Shown piece after piece: positions 28,760-36,515 of a stretch of 64,000 bases of DNA. Below the pieces are notes generated by a model. That model was not told the DNA's origin. It saw only the letters and a program-made list of their open reading frames with translations, and did not search any database. The stretch spans positions 182,255-246,254 of the forward strand of contig JAGCVZ010000011.1 of assembly GCA_017962125.1 (NCBI GenBank). The letters run 5' to 3'. Position 1 is the stretch's first letter, and each line of letters starts with the position of its first letter. A program made the translations under genes and the position numbers. Source of the stretch: Alphaproteobacteria bacterium. Lineage in GTDB: Bacteria; Pseudomonadota; Alphaproteobacteria; Rs-D84.

Positions 28760-29677
28760 TTACGCAACGCAACCCCAAAATTGCAAAATTTCATGTTTCA
28801 TTTCCGTTGCGTCCGTTATCTGATTGATTTTGACCCTAAAATCGCTTGAATTTGGCATTCCAGCACTATACCAGGCCAAGTGTTTTCTAAACATAGGCAC
28901 CCCAGCACGTGCTCCATAGTATTCCAAAACCAAATTCAAATGCCGTACAACTAATTCGCCTATATTTTTTGGTTTTTCACCACTTTCTAAAATTTCACCC
29001 AAAATCCAAGGTCGTCCCATCATTGCGCGCCCTATCATCGCACCAGCGTATCCATTATCAATCGCACTTTGGACCCCAGTGGCATCAACAATATCACCAT
29101 TTGCAATAATTGGTATCGGCATATTTTCAATCTTTGGATGCACCGCCCCCCCAGTATATCCCTGTGCCCGTGTCCGCCCATGCAATGTCACAAATTTTGC
29201 GCCGGAATCAGCCGCCACATGCACCAAATCAATCCAATCCATATTTTCCGCATCCCATCCAAGTCGCGTTTTAATAGATACCGGGGTTTTAACAGCTTGT
29301 GCAACCGCACTTATAATTCGACCCGCTAATTTATGATTCCGCATAAGGAAGGCGCCCGCATTTGCGCGTGTTGCAACCTTTGGCACCGGGCATCCCATGT
29401 TTATATCAATCCATGTTGCGCCGGCATCTTCCAAAATTTTTGCGGCATCCGCCATCAATTCTGGTGCTGCGCCAAAAATTTGCGCACCTATGTTGCCTTC
29501 GCGCCCATAATCATCAAAATTTCGCAAACAATTTTTATGCTGTTCTACCAAAGAATGACAGGAAATCATTTCGGTCATAACCGGCACATTTGGTGCAAAT
29601 TCGCGTACAATACACCTAAACGGGTAATCAGAAACCCCCGCCATCGGTGCAGCAAAAATTTGATTATTAGATATCAT
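28760..29677 (-). CDS. dus: tRNA-dihydrouridine synthase
   Basis: ORF 28760..29848 trimmed to the ATG at 29677 (MISNNQIFAAPMAGVSDYPFR). TIM-barrel Dus motifs present. Confidence 0.8.
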   Translation of the reverse strand: MISNNQIFAAPMAGVSDYPFRCIVREFAPNVPVMTEMISCHSLVEQHKNCLRNFDDYGREGNIGAQIFGAAPELMADAAKILEDAGATWIDINMGCPVPKVATRANAGAFLMRNHKLAGRIISAVAQAVKTPVSIKTRLGWDAENMDWIDLVHVAADSGAKFVTLHGRTRAQGYTGGAVHPKIENMPIPIIANGDIVDATGVQSAIDNGYAGAMIGRAMMGRPWILGEILESGEKPKNIGELVVRHLNLVLEYYGARAGVPMFRKHLAWYSAGMPNSSDFRVKINQITDATEMKHEILQFWGCVA

Positions 29678-29687
29678 TTGTGATATA

Positions 29688-30023
29688 ATGCCACGTATGA
29701 AAGACAAAATCAAAAATTTATTTGGATTTATTGGTCGTGCATGGCGCGGTGGCGTTCGTGGCAAGTTTGGCGTATTTTTTGCGGCATTCGCTCTGCTTGC
29801 GTTCATAAGGATTTTTTTCGGCGAAGTAAATGTTGGACGGTTTGTCACAAATATATGGCATCTATCTGCAGAACGTGCCGAATTAGTTGCGGAAACAAAA
29901 AAACTTGAAACAATTCAACACCACATACAGTTATTAAAACAACACAGCCCCGATTACATCGAAGAATTGGGGCTGCGATATCTGAATGTTGGTGACCCAG
30001 AATTCAAAATTCTTAAAATTTAG
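29688..30023 (+). CDS. ftsB: septum formation initiator FtsB-like
   Basis: 111 aa. TM helix plus coiled coil. C-terminal SPDYIEELGLRYLNVGDPEF resembles the FtsB DYIEE..LG..KPGE region. Divergent from dus, with TATAAT at 29683-29688. Confidence 0.55.
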   Translation: MPRMKDKIKNLFGFIGRAWRGGVRGKFGVFFAAFALLAFIRIFFGEVNVGRFVTNIWHLSAERAELVAETKKLETIQHHIQLLKQHSPDYIEELGLRYLNVGDPEFKILKI

Positions 30024-30493
30024 TTCATCATAACAATATACGAATTCATATAGAACGCGAACATCAGCCATAACAGATATGGTATAACCAATGCCATTGC
30101 CCGTCTATCTATGTTATAAAACACTCGCGCCATCCATGTCGACACAATAAACAGCACCAACAGCACCAACAATGCAAATGCGGTCATATGCAAACCAAAG
30201 AACAAATACGACCATCCCGCATTCAATAACATTTGTGCCACGAATAAAACATAAGCCATTACTTTTTCAGATTTACCACGTACACTTTTAATAACCAAGA
30301 ATAAAGCGAACCCAAGCAGCGCATATAAAATTGTCCATGCCGCACCAAACACCGCACCTGGTGGTGTTAAACCTGATTTAACCAAACTGTTATACCACAA
30401 ATTCGAACCACCATGTGGCGTAAAGAAAACACCAAAAATCCCAGGCAAGAAAGAAATTACTATTGCAACACAAAATTGAATTAATCGTTTCAT
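30020..30493 (-). CDS. tspO: TspO/MBR tryptophan-rich sensory protein
   Basis: 157 aa with five TM helices, and the WY..L.KSGLTPP..VFG.AWTILYALLG pattern. Confidence 0.75.
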   Translation of the reverse strand: MKRLIQFCVAIVISFLPGIFGVFFTPHGGSNLWYNSLVKSGLTPPGAVFGAAWTILYALLGFALFLVIKSVRGKSEKVMAYVLFVAQMLLNAGWSYLFFGLHMTAFALLVLLVLFIVSTWMARVFYNIDRRAMALVIPYLLWLMFAFYMNSYIVMMN

Positions 30494-30615
30494 ATTTTTT
30501 CCTTTTGTTTTATTGGTTTAATTTTATCACATTCAAACCAATCAAAACATAGGAAGAAAAACACACCAACGACCAAACAGTTACCAACAACAAAACATAT
30601 TTTACAAAAAATAAA

Positions 30616-31056
30616 TTACTCGACCAGATTGCCAAATATAGCGGTGCGAAGGCCAAGGTTCGACCCAAGGTTATTACTGCATTTTTGTGCACACCCACTT
30701 GAACAAGAGTTACCCGGATAACCATTCCCTATCCAGATAGATTCCACAGGATGCAACATTTTACAAAAGCAATAAGTCTTTTGCGTCTGATTCATAAGAC
30801 AATCTTGGCTCGTTGGTACAACCCCAGGCGCACTTGAGGTGTTTTGACCACAGGCATAACTACATATAGAAATCCCACTTACAATCCCGTAACTAAACTG
30901 TGTGGACCATGTGTTGTTGGTTGCATCACTTGACAAGCCTGTCCCGCTAATTTGCGGGTCCAAGACGACCATAATACTGCCGTCTTTTACGCACATGTTT
31001 TCCCCATATGCAATAATTGGTAAAATCATAAATAATAATATAATTATTCTTTTCAT
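30616..31056 (-). CDS. small secreted cysteine-rich protein (trio member 1)
   Basis: ORF trimmed to the ATG at 31056 (MKRIIILLFMILPIIAYG). 10 Cys. C-terminal ..LRTAIFGNLVE. Confidence 0.55.
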   Translation of the reverse strand: MKRIIILLFMILPIIAYGENMCVKDGSIMVVLDPQISGTGLSSDATNNTWSTQFSYGIVSGISICSYACGQNTSSAPGVVPTSQDCLMNQTQKTYCFCKMLHPVESIWIGNGYPGNSCSSGCAQKCSNNLGSNLGLRTAIFGNLVE

Positions 31057-31076
31057 TTTATTTCCCTTTTTCCTTT

Positions 31077-31526
31077 TTACCACACGCCCCCAAACATCGC
31101 CGTCCGGAATGCCGTCGATGTTTGAACTTTTTCCCCACACTTATCCGCACAATTCAACGCGCATGTCGCGGTATCCGCGTAATCTTTGTGTGCCAACACA
31201 GAATAAGACACCAATGGTTTCCGCATCACACACCAACAATATGGTCCAGATTCTTCACCCCCAGTTATACCTACCGTTGTATCCACTGTATCGATTGCAT
31301 TACTCGCACCAACTTCGGCACATCCCGCATAGCCACTAACATACGGTGTATTCGAACTTGATGTGTTATAACCCATAGTTACCGTCCATGCGCCGTTATT
31401 CCCCGTCGTATGCGATACACCATTGTCGTATATTGATAAACTTGCTACATACGAACCCGTATGAACGCACATGCTCGTCGCATTCGCCATCATCGGCAAC
31501 ATTATCAACGCAAGTATTGTCTTCAC
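31077..31526 (-). CDS. small secreted cysteine-rich protein (trio member 2, paralog of member 1)
   Basis: GTG start overlapping the upstream stop (TAGTG), with a G-run RBS. Shares ..MCV..G.., CxC..P and ..FRTAMFGG with member 1. Confidence 0.5.
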   Translation of the reverse strand: MKTILALIMLPMMANATSMCVHTGSYVASLSIYDNGVSHTTGNNGAWTVTMGYNTSSSNTPYVSGYAGCAEVGASNAIDTVDTTVGITGGEESGPYCWCVMRKPLVSYSVLAHKDYADTATCALNCADKCGEKVQTSTAFRTAMFGGVW

Positions 31527-32341
31527 TATTCCCCCCCATAGTATGTTTGATTATTATATTTCAGATTTATCGTCCCATGCCGCGACCCGTTACCAAGGTT
31601 CACATAACATACATCCCCATTCGCAAACCTTATGTTAATAGACGGAATCGTCGCTCGTTCGCGATATAACGGTAACGCAACACCATTTGATGCGTGCAAT
31701 ACAGTCCCCCCAGATGTACATGCAAGTTGCGGTGTACAAAAGTCCGACATGTTACTAAACCCAAGATACACACGACAATAATCCGCATCTCCATATAATG
31801 AATAGTTCGTCGGGCATTCATCATTCGCATTTGCACGGACAAACGCCATACTGGGAACCGGCGCAAAAAAATTATCTGGACAATTTTCAACCGGATTAGA
31901 CGAACAACCTGATACCGTCGGATATTCCCCAGAACCACATGTTGTCGCACTGCTAACTATTAAATATGCAACATTGCGAGTCGTTTGTTGCGCCTGGTAT
32001 CCCGTATAGCATGTTCCTCCTAATGGTTGAACCACCATAGATGAATTTGTGGTCGCATCGTGAAACCCGGCCGCACAATTACCAACCGTATCGTTTACAC
32101 ATGTACCGTTTGACATATGTTGACCCGTTGGGCATACAATACCACTGGCCTGTGAGACGAATCGAAAATTCCCAATGTTACCTGTATATATTTCATAGCC
32201 GGAATAGCATCTCCCTCCACGTGGGGCAACGGTGCTGGTCGAACTTATCCCCGATGACACAGTCCACCCGTTACCACAGGTTTCATCCGCCATTACCGGT
32301 AACCCAAACACAAATACAAAAATGTAACAAACTTTCTTCAA
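31526..32341 (-). CDS. secreted cysteine-rich protein (271 aa, trio member 3)
   Basis: TTG start with a GAGGGG RBS. Signal peptide. 20 Cys in a T/S/G-rich sequence. Confidence 0.5.
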   Translation of the reverse strand: MKKVCYIFVFVFGLPVMADETCGNGWTVSSGISSTSTVAPRGGRCYSGYEIYTGNIGNFRFVSQASGIVCPTGQHMSNGTCVNDTVGNCAAGFHDATTNSSMVVQPLGGTCYTGYQAQQTTRNVAYLIVSSATTCGSGEYPTVSGCSSNPVENCPDNFFAPVPSMAFVRANANDECPTNYSLYGDADYCRVYLGFSNMSDFCTPQLACTSGGTVLHASNGVALPLYRERATIPSINIRFANGDVCYVNLGNGSRHGTINLKYNNQTYYGGE

Positions 32342-32388
32342 TTTGCCCCTCGCAATATAAAAAATTTAAACCGCCAAACGGAAATGAC

Positions 32389-32461
32389 GGTCGGGGTGTT
32401 CGAAAATCAAATCTGCTATGACTCCCGTAACATTTAGATATACGCCACAGGCACCCCGACC
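32389..32461. repeat. conserved 74-nt stem-loop element, copy B (GGTCGGGGTG...GATATAC...CACCCCGACC)
   Basis: Same terminal 10-bp complementary arms and spacing as 43896..43969. Loop contains GATATAC in both. Confidence 0.5.
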
Positions 32462-32672
32462 AATGATCGAGGCATAAAACATAATGACGGCACAAAACAT
32501 CGGAAAATAATAGATTACGACAATTCTGTGCCGGCAGATTTGGGCCTTCGACAGCCCCAAAACGAATTCCCATTCGCTTCGAAAAGTATGCTACTAAAAG
32601 GCACCACCAAAAGCAAGCAAAAACGGCGCCCTTGTTTTTTGAAAAAAATAAGTTATAATAATCCTACGTCAC

Positions 32673-32749
32673 GTGCCCATGGCTCAATTGGATAGAGCAA
32701 TTGCCTTCTAAGCAATAGGTTGCAGGTTCGAGTCCTGCTGGGCACGCCA
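32673..32749 (+). tRNA. tRNA-Arg (anticodon TCT)
   Basis: Acceptor GTGCCCA/TGGGCAC, anticodon stem ATTGC/GCAAT with loop CTTCTAA, T-arm GCAGG-TTCGAGT-CCTGC, encoded CCA. Confidence 0.85.
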
Positions 32750-32755
32750 AAAATT
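32733..32755 (+). repeat. 23-bp direct repeat copy 1 (3' end of tRNA-Arg, TCCTGCTGGGCACGCCAAAAATT)
   Basis: Repeated exactly at 32967..32989. Attachment-site-like duplication. Confidence 0.75.
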
Positions 32756-32966
32756 CAACTCGACCTTTTTGGTCGGTTTTAATTTTTGTTGCGTAACCAA
32801 AGGACGAGAACCCAGGTTCGAAAACAAGTAGATTTTGCAAATGTAATGCAGCAAAATCGTCACGGTTTGCGCGCAGTGTCGGCAAAGCCGACCAAGCGAC
32901 CCGATAGTTGATGAGAACGAGTGTAAACGAAGTTCGAATCTTACGTGTGGTGAGCATAGCGAACAA

Positions 32967-32989
32967 TCCTGCTGGGCACGCCAAAAATT
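32967..32989 (+). repeat. 23-bp direct repeat copy 2 (att-like)
   Basis: Identical to 32733..32755. The ~210 bp between copies contains tRNA T-loop-like fragments (GGTTCGAAAAC, GTTCGAATC). Confidence 0.75.
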
Positions 32990-33010
32990 TAAATCTGTTG
33001 CGATTGCAAC

Positions 33011-33034
33011 CGGTTTAACCACTAACACTAATCA
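33011..33034 (-). repeat. solo stop-motif terminus (TGA-TTAGTGTTAGTGGTTA) of the IR-element family at the mscS stop
   Basis: On the minus strand the mscS stop TGA is the first triplet of TGATTAGTGTTAGTGGTTA. Confidence 0.5.
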
Positions 33035-33922
33035 CTTTTTAACATGCACATCCACTTGCGGAAAAGGAAAGTGAATCTTCTTTTTCGGCAGTTTATTGTA
33101 TATCGCTTCTAACATATCGCCTCGACTAGGGATCATATCGTTCGCTGATGTCCAATAGCGCACTGTAAGTACAACCGCACTATCCCCTAAATCAGAAACA
33201 AAAACATTTGGAGCTGGATCTTTTAAAACACGTTTATCCGCCTTGATTATCGCCAGTATCTCTTTACGCGCTACATCAACACTGTCGCCATAAGAAATTG
33301 CAACCGATAGTTCCGCGCGCCGCGTTTCATTTCCCGAAAGGTTTGTTATCTGACTATTGGACAGCGCACCGTTCGGCAACAAAACAACCTGGTTATCAAA
33401 AGTATGAATTTCAGTTGTAAAAATCATAATCTTTTTAACAATCCCAGTTTTGCCATCAGATGTTGAAATAATGTCACCAACCTTGAACGGTTTTAGAAAC
33501 ATAATGATAATTCCGCCGGCAAAATTCTGCATTGTTCCGGACAATGCCATACCAACCGCCAACGAAGCCGCACCAATAACAGCAACAATAGATGTCATTT
33601 GAACGCCAACGGTCGCAAGTGATATAATAACTACGAATATCCGCAAAAGTATATTCACAAACGAACCTAAAAAAGTAACAAGCGATGCATCTGATCCGCG
33701 CCGTTCTAACATACGTTTGAAAGATTTCGCAAGACGCTTTGCTATCCACATTCCACCCATCAAAACAACAAGTGCCGCAAGCAACTTTAAACTAAAATCC
33801 ACCGCCATGCTCGTCAGTGATGAAATCAAAGTTTTTAATTCCTCTGCGCTGGCTTGAACCTTTTCTGGCACAGTCTGTATCGCATCAACCGCATTACCAA
33901 CAACACTATCAACAACTTCCAT
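33032..33922 (-). CDS. mscS: small-conductance mechanosensitive channel MscS
   Basis: 296 aa. TM helices, then the conserved beta-domain region (..GDIISTSDGKTGIVKKIMIFTTEIHTFDNQVVLLPNGAL..). Confidence 0.8.
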   Translation of the reverse strand: MEVVDSVVGNAVDAIQTVPEKVQASAEELKTLISSLTSMAVDFSLKLLAALVVLMGGMWIAKRLAKSFKRMLERRGSDASLVTFLGSFVNILLRIFVVIISLATVGVQMTSIVAVIGAASLAVGMALSGTMQNFAGGIIIMFLKPFKVGDIISTSDGKTGIVKKIMIFTTEIHTFDNQVVLLPNGALSNSQITNLSGNETRRAELSVAISYGDSVDVARKEILAIIKADKRVLKDPAPNVFVSDLGDSAVVLTVRYWTSANDMIPSRGDMLEAIYNKLPKKKIHFPFPQVDVHVKK

Positions 33923-33937
33923 TATTTTCCCTTTTGA

Positions 33938-36514
33938 TTACATTTGCATATCTTCACACTTTTCAACCGGGTCAGACTCAGTACAATTAACTTCGTCCTT
34001 TTGTCCTATACCCAAGAATCCATTTTTATGCACTGTATTGCAACTCTTGGTCACCGTCGAAGAACAAAGCCGACATATACGCGTTTCACGATTAAATGTT
34101 GACCACATTTGGCGCGTGCCACCTGGGATATTATATGCACTTTTATTACCGGCACCAGACAAGGCATATACACCTTCACTTGCGCCAAGCGATACAGCCG
34201 CCGACAAACCACGCATAACCTTATCGCCCACACCTTTGCCATAACCCGCTCTCTCGTTACTCACACTGCCCATACCACTTGTTGCGGACGTACCATGACC
34301 ACCCTGGGCAAGCAATCTATTATCCAACCCCACCCCTACTTCATAACTAATCGCGTATGGTGGCGCAAGATTTACCTGTTGTTCTTGTACTGCCTTTCCA
34401 CCAAAAATTCCACGTGAAAAAGGCAACATTTGGCAATTATATTGTGCAATGTCAACCTCTGCATCTCGGCTTGCCTTGGCAACATATTCATCGAATTTAG
34501 CTCTCTGATTCTCTGATGCTTTATTCAACGCCGCACTTGTGATTTTGCCCAAATACTGATTTAACAAATTCGGGAAACGCGCCACAGTGGATGTACCAGT
34601 ATCACCTGTTATCTGATCCAAACTACGCCCTGTTACACAGAACTGAATTTTTGGATCCAATTCAATCATATCTATCACACGATTTATTTTCTCTGCAACA
34701 CTGTTCAACTCCATTTCTATAGATGCCAAAATACCTTCTGAATCCTTAACGCCATCATTTACCTCTCTAGCACGCGCCATATAATCTTTGACACCAACTT
34801 TACCAAGGCCAAGCTTCTTACCCCCATCTTTCTTGGTGCTACCATCGCCGACGTTCAGCATATCAAACGAAATCATCCCAGTAATACGATATACATTACC
34901 ATCTTTCACACTGCGCAAACTGCCTGTGCCAATTGTTTCATCAGATGCCCAACGATTGCAATCGGTTGTAGAACCACAAATTTCCATCATTTTATCTTCG
35001 ACAACTTTCTGACAATTTTCTAATGCTTTGTTATCCATATTCAGATAAAGCCCCATTATCATGGAATCAATATCTTCCATCTTGAAGTTTTTATTATTCG
35101 CCTTGCAAACCACAAGTTTATCAAGTGGACAAAGATTATGAACAAATTCCCAATCCATACCTATACAATTCATAAAATCAGGTCCACAACGATCTTCGGA
35201 ATAAATACAATCTTTAACCTCCTGGGTGCACGCATCAACACGCATCGCCGCTAACTTGTCTTTTACATATCCCCAAATCAGTGGTTCCATACGTTCACAC
35301 GGATCAAGTTGAACCTTGCAAAACGATCTCGCCATATCAGGTCGTGATAAACACGAATCCATTGTCGCCTTGCCCTTGCCCACAATATCATCTTTGCAAG
35401 CCGTTTGAATACATTTCGTAATATCCGTTAAACAAGATTGCCGCACATTGGATTCTGCACGCAATTCTGCAAGTTTCAAACTTGGGGCAACTTCACGTAA
35501 AAACGCAGTCCAAACATTATTACGTACCGCCATACATTGGTCCAAAACTCGTTCACAAATTGTTCGTTTTGATTCAAGCCGTTCCAACACTGACGGTGTT
35601 ATATCGTAAGCAACGGTTGTACTTACCTTGGTCCCGGCGGTACTAGTTGCGGTCTTGTTTTGCATATTTTCATTTGCAATTATGGAAACACAATTTACCC
35701 AATCATCCCCGCAAGCATCAGCGCCAAGCATACAGTTTTTCAATTCAACCATGCATTCACCCTGATTGAATTTATTAGATGAATCAAAACTTTCTTTTAA
35801 CGCGGTTCTAACATCGGATTCTGCCGAATTCATTGCGGATTTCGCCGCAGCACGTTGTTCGGCAATACTATTTGCAAACCCACGACAATCCGATTCTATC
35901 TGACGTTGATAAATCTGTTTTAACAATTTTATATCTTTAACACACGATGAACCCAACTGATCTCGACATGTATCATCCGCAACTTTGAACAGTTCCGCCC
36001 CAGTCTTGTGCATAATATCATCATCGTCTTCTTCGTCATCTTCTTCGCTTAAATTTGTTTCAAACATCTTCATCAAACTTTCACGTTTCGATTTTCTCTT
36101 ATCCGCCGCGGTCATCTCTCCGACTTTGATAACATTTCCTTTTTCGTCATATTTGCGTTCACCCGTAAAGACAATATCTGCATTTGCACCAAGTTTTATT
36201 TTTTCTACCTCTACCGTTTTTACACGATCGGCCTCGGCTAACATTTCGTTTATTTCTTCAAGTTCGGCTTCATACTTTGTATTACTGTTACTACACAGAC
36301 AACTGCCCCCATTTATATTTTCCGACATACAAAATTGATCCATACAACCATAGTATTCATCATAGCATTCCTGAGAATAAATGCCCTTGGCCGCAACCCG
36401 CGCACGAACATTTGTCCCATTTTGAATTGCTGATTGTTTCTTTGCTGTTGCCGCAACCGCAACAACCGGTATAATCAATAACGCTGATAAAAAGGCAATT
36501 TTTTTCATTTTCAT
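33938..36514 (-). CDS. large secreted cysteine-rich protein, paralog P3
   Basis: 858 aa. Signal peptide, then CYDEYYGCMDQFCMSENINGGSCLCS, an acidic DDEEDDDD run, ICERVLDQCMAVRNNVW, and a C-terminal ..CTESDPVEKCEDMQM. Confidence 0.7.
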   Translation of the reverse strand: MKMKKIAFLSALLIIPVVAVAATAKKQSAIQNGTNVRARVAAKGIYSQECYDEYYGCMDQFCMSENINGGSCLCSNSNTKYEAELEEINEMLAEADRVKTVEVEKIKLGANADIVFTGERKYDEKGNVIKVGEMTAADKRKSKRESLMKMFETNLSEEDDEEDDDDIMHKTGAELFKVADDTCRDQLGSSCVKDIKLLKQIYQRQIESDCRGFANSIAEQRAAAKSAMNSAESDVRTALKESFDSSNKFNQGECMVELKNCMLGADACGDDWVNCVSIIANENMQNKTATSTAGTKVSTTVAYDITPSVLERLESKRTICERVLDQCMAVRNNVWTAFLREVAPSLKLAELRAESNVRQSCLTDITKCIQTACKDDIVGKGKATMDSCLSRPDMARSFCKVQLDPCERMEPLIWGYVKDKLAAMRVDACTQEVKDCIYSEDRCGPDFMNCIGMDWEFVHNLCPLDKLVVCKANNKNFKMEDIDSMIMGLYLNMDNKALENCQKVVEDKMMEICGSTTDCNRWASDETIGTGSLRSVKDGNVYRITGMISFDMLNVGDGSTKKDGGKKLGLGKVGVKDYMARAREVNDGVKDSEGILASIEMELNSVAEKINRVIDMIELDPKIQFCVTGRSLDQITGDTGTSTVARFPNLLNQYLGKITSAALNKASENQRAKFDEYVAKASRDAEVDIAQYNCQMLPFSRGIFGGKAVQEQQVNLAPPYAISYEVGVGLDNRLLAQGGHGTSATSGMGSVSNERAGYGKGVGDKVMRGLSAAVSLGASEGVYALSGAGNKSAYNIPGGTRQMWSTFNRETRICRLCSSTVTKSCNTVHKNGFLGIGQKDEVNCTESDPVEKCEDMQM

Positions 36515-36515
36515 C

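Noticed and set aside
30590-30725. tRNA-like look of GGTGCGAAGGCCAAGGTTCGACCCAAGG on the plus strand
   Set aside because: It lies inside the C-terminal coding region of the minus-strand Cys-rich gene 30616..31056. No cloverleaf can be drawn.
32664-33028. Two 106-aa minus-strand ORFs overlapping tRNA-Arg and the att-like repeats
   Set aside because: They are read through a tRNA gene and tRNA-fragment repeats, with no RBS. They are artefacts of the duplicated tRNA 3' end.
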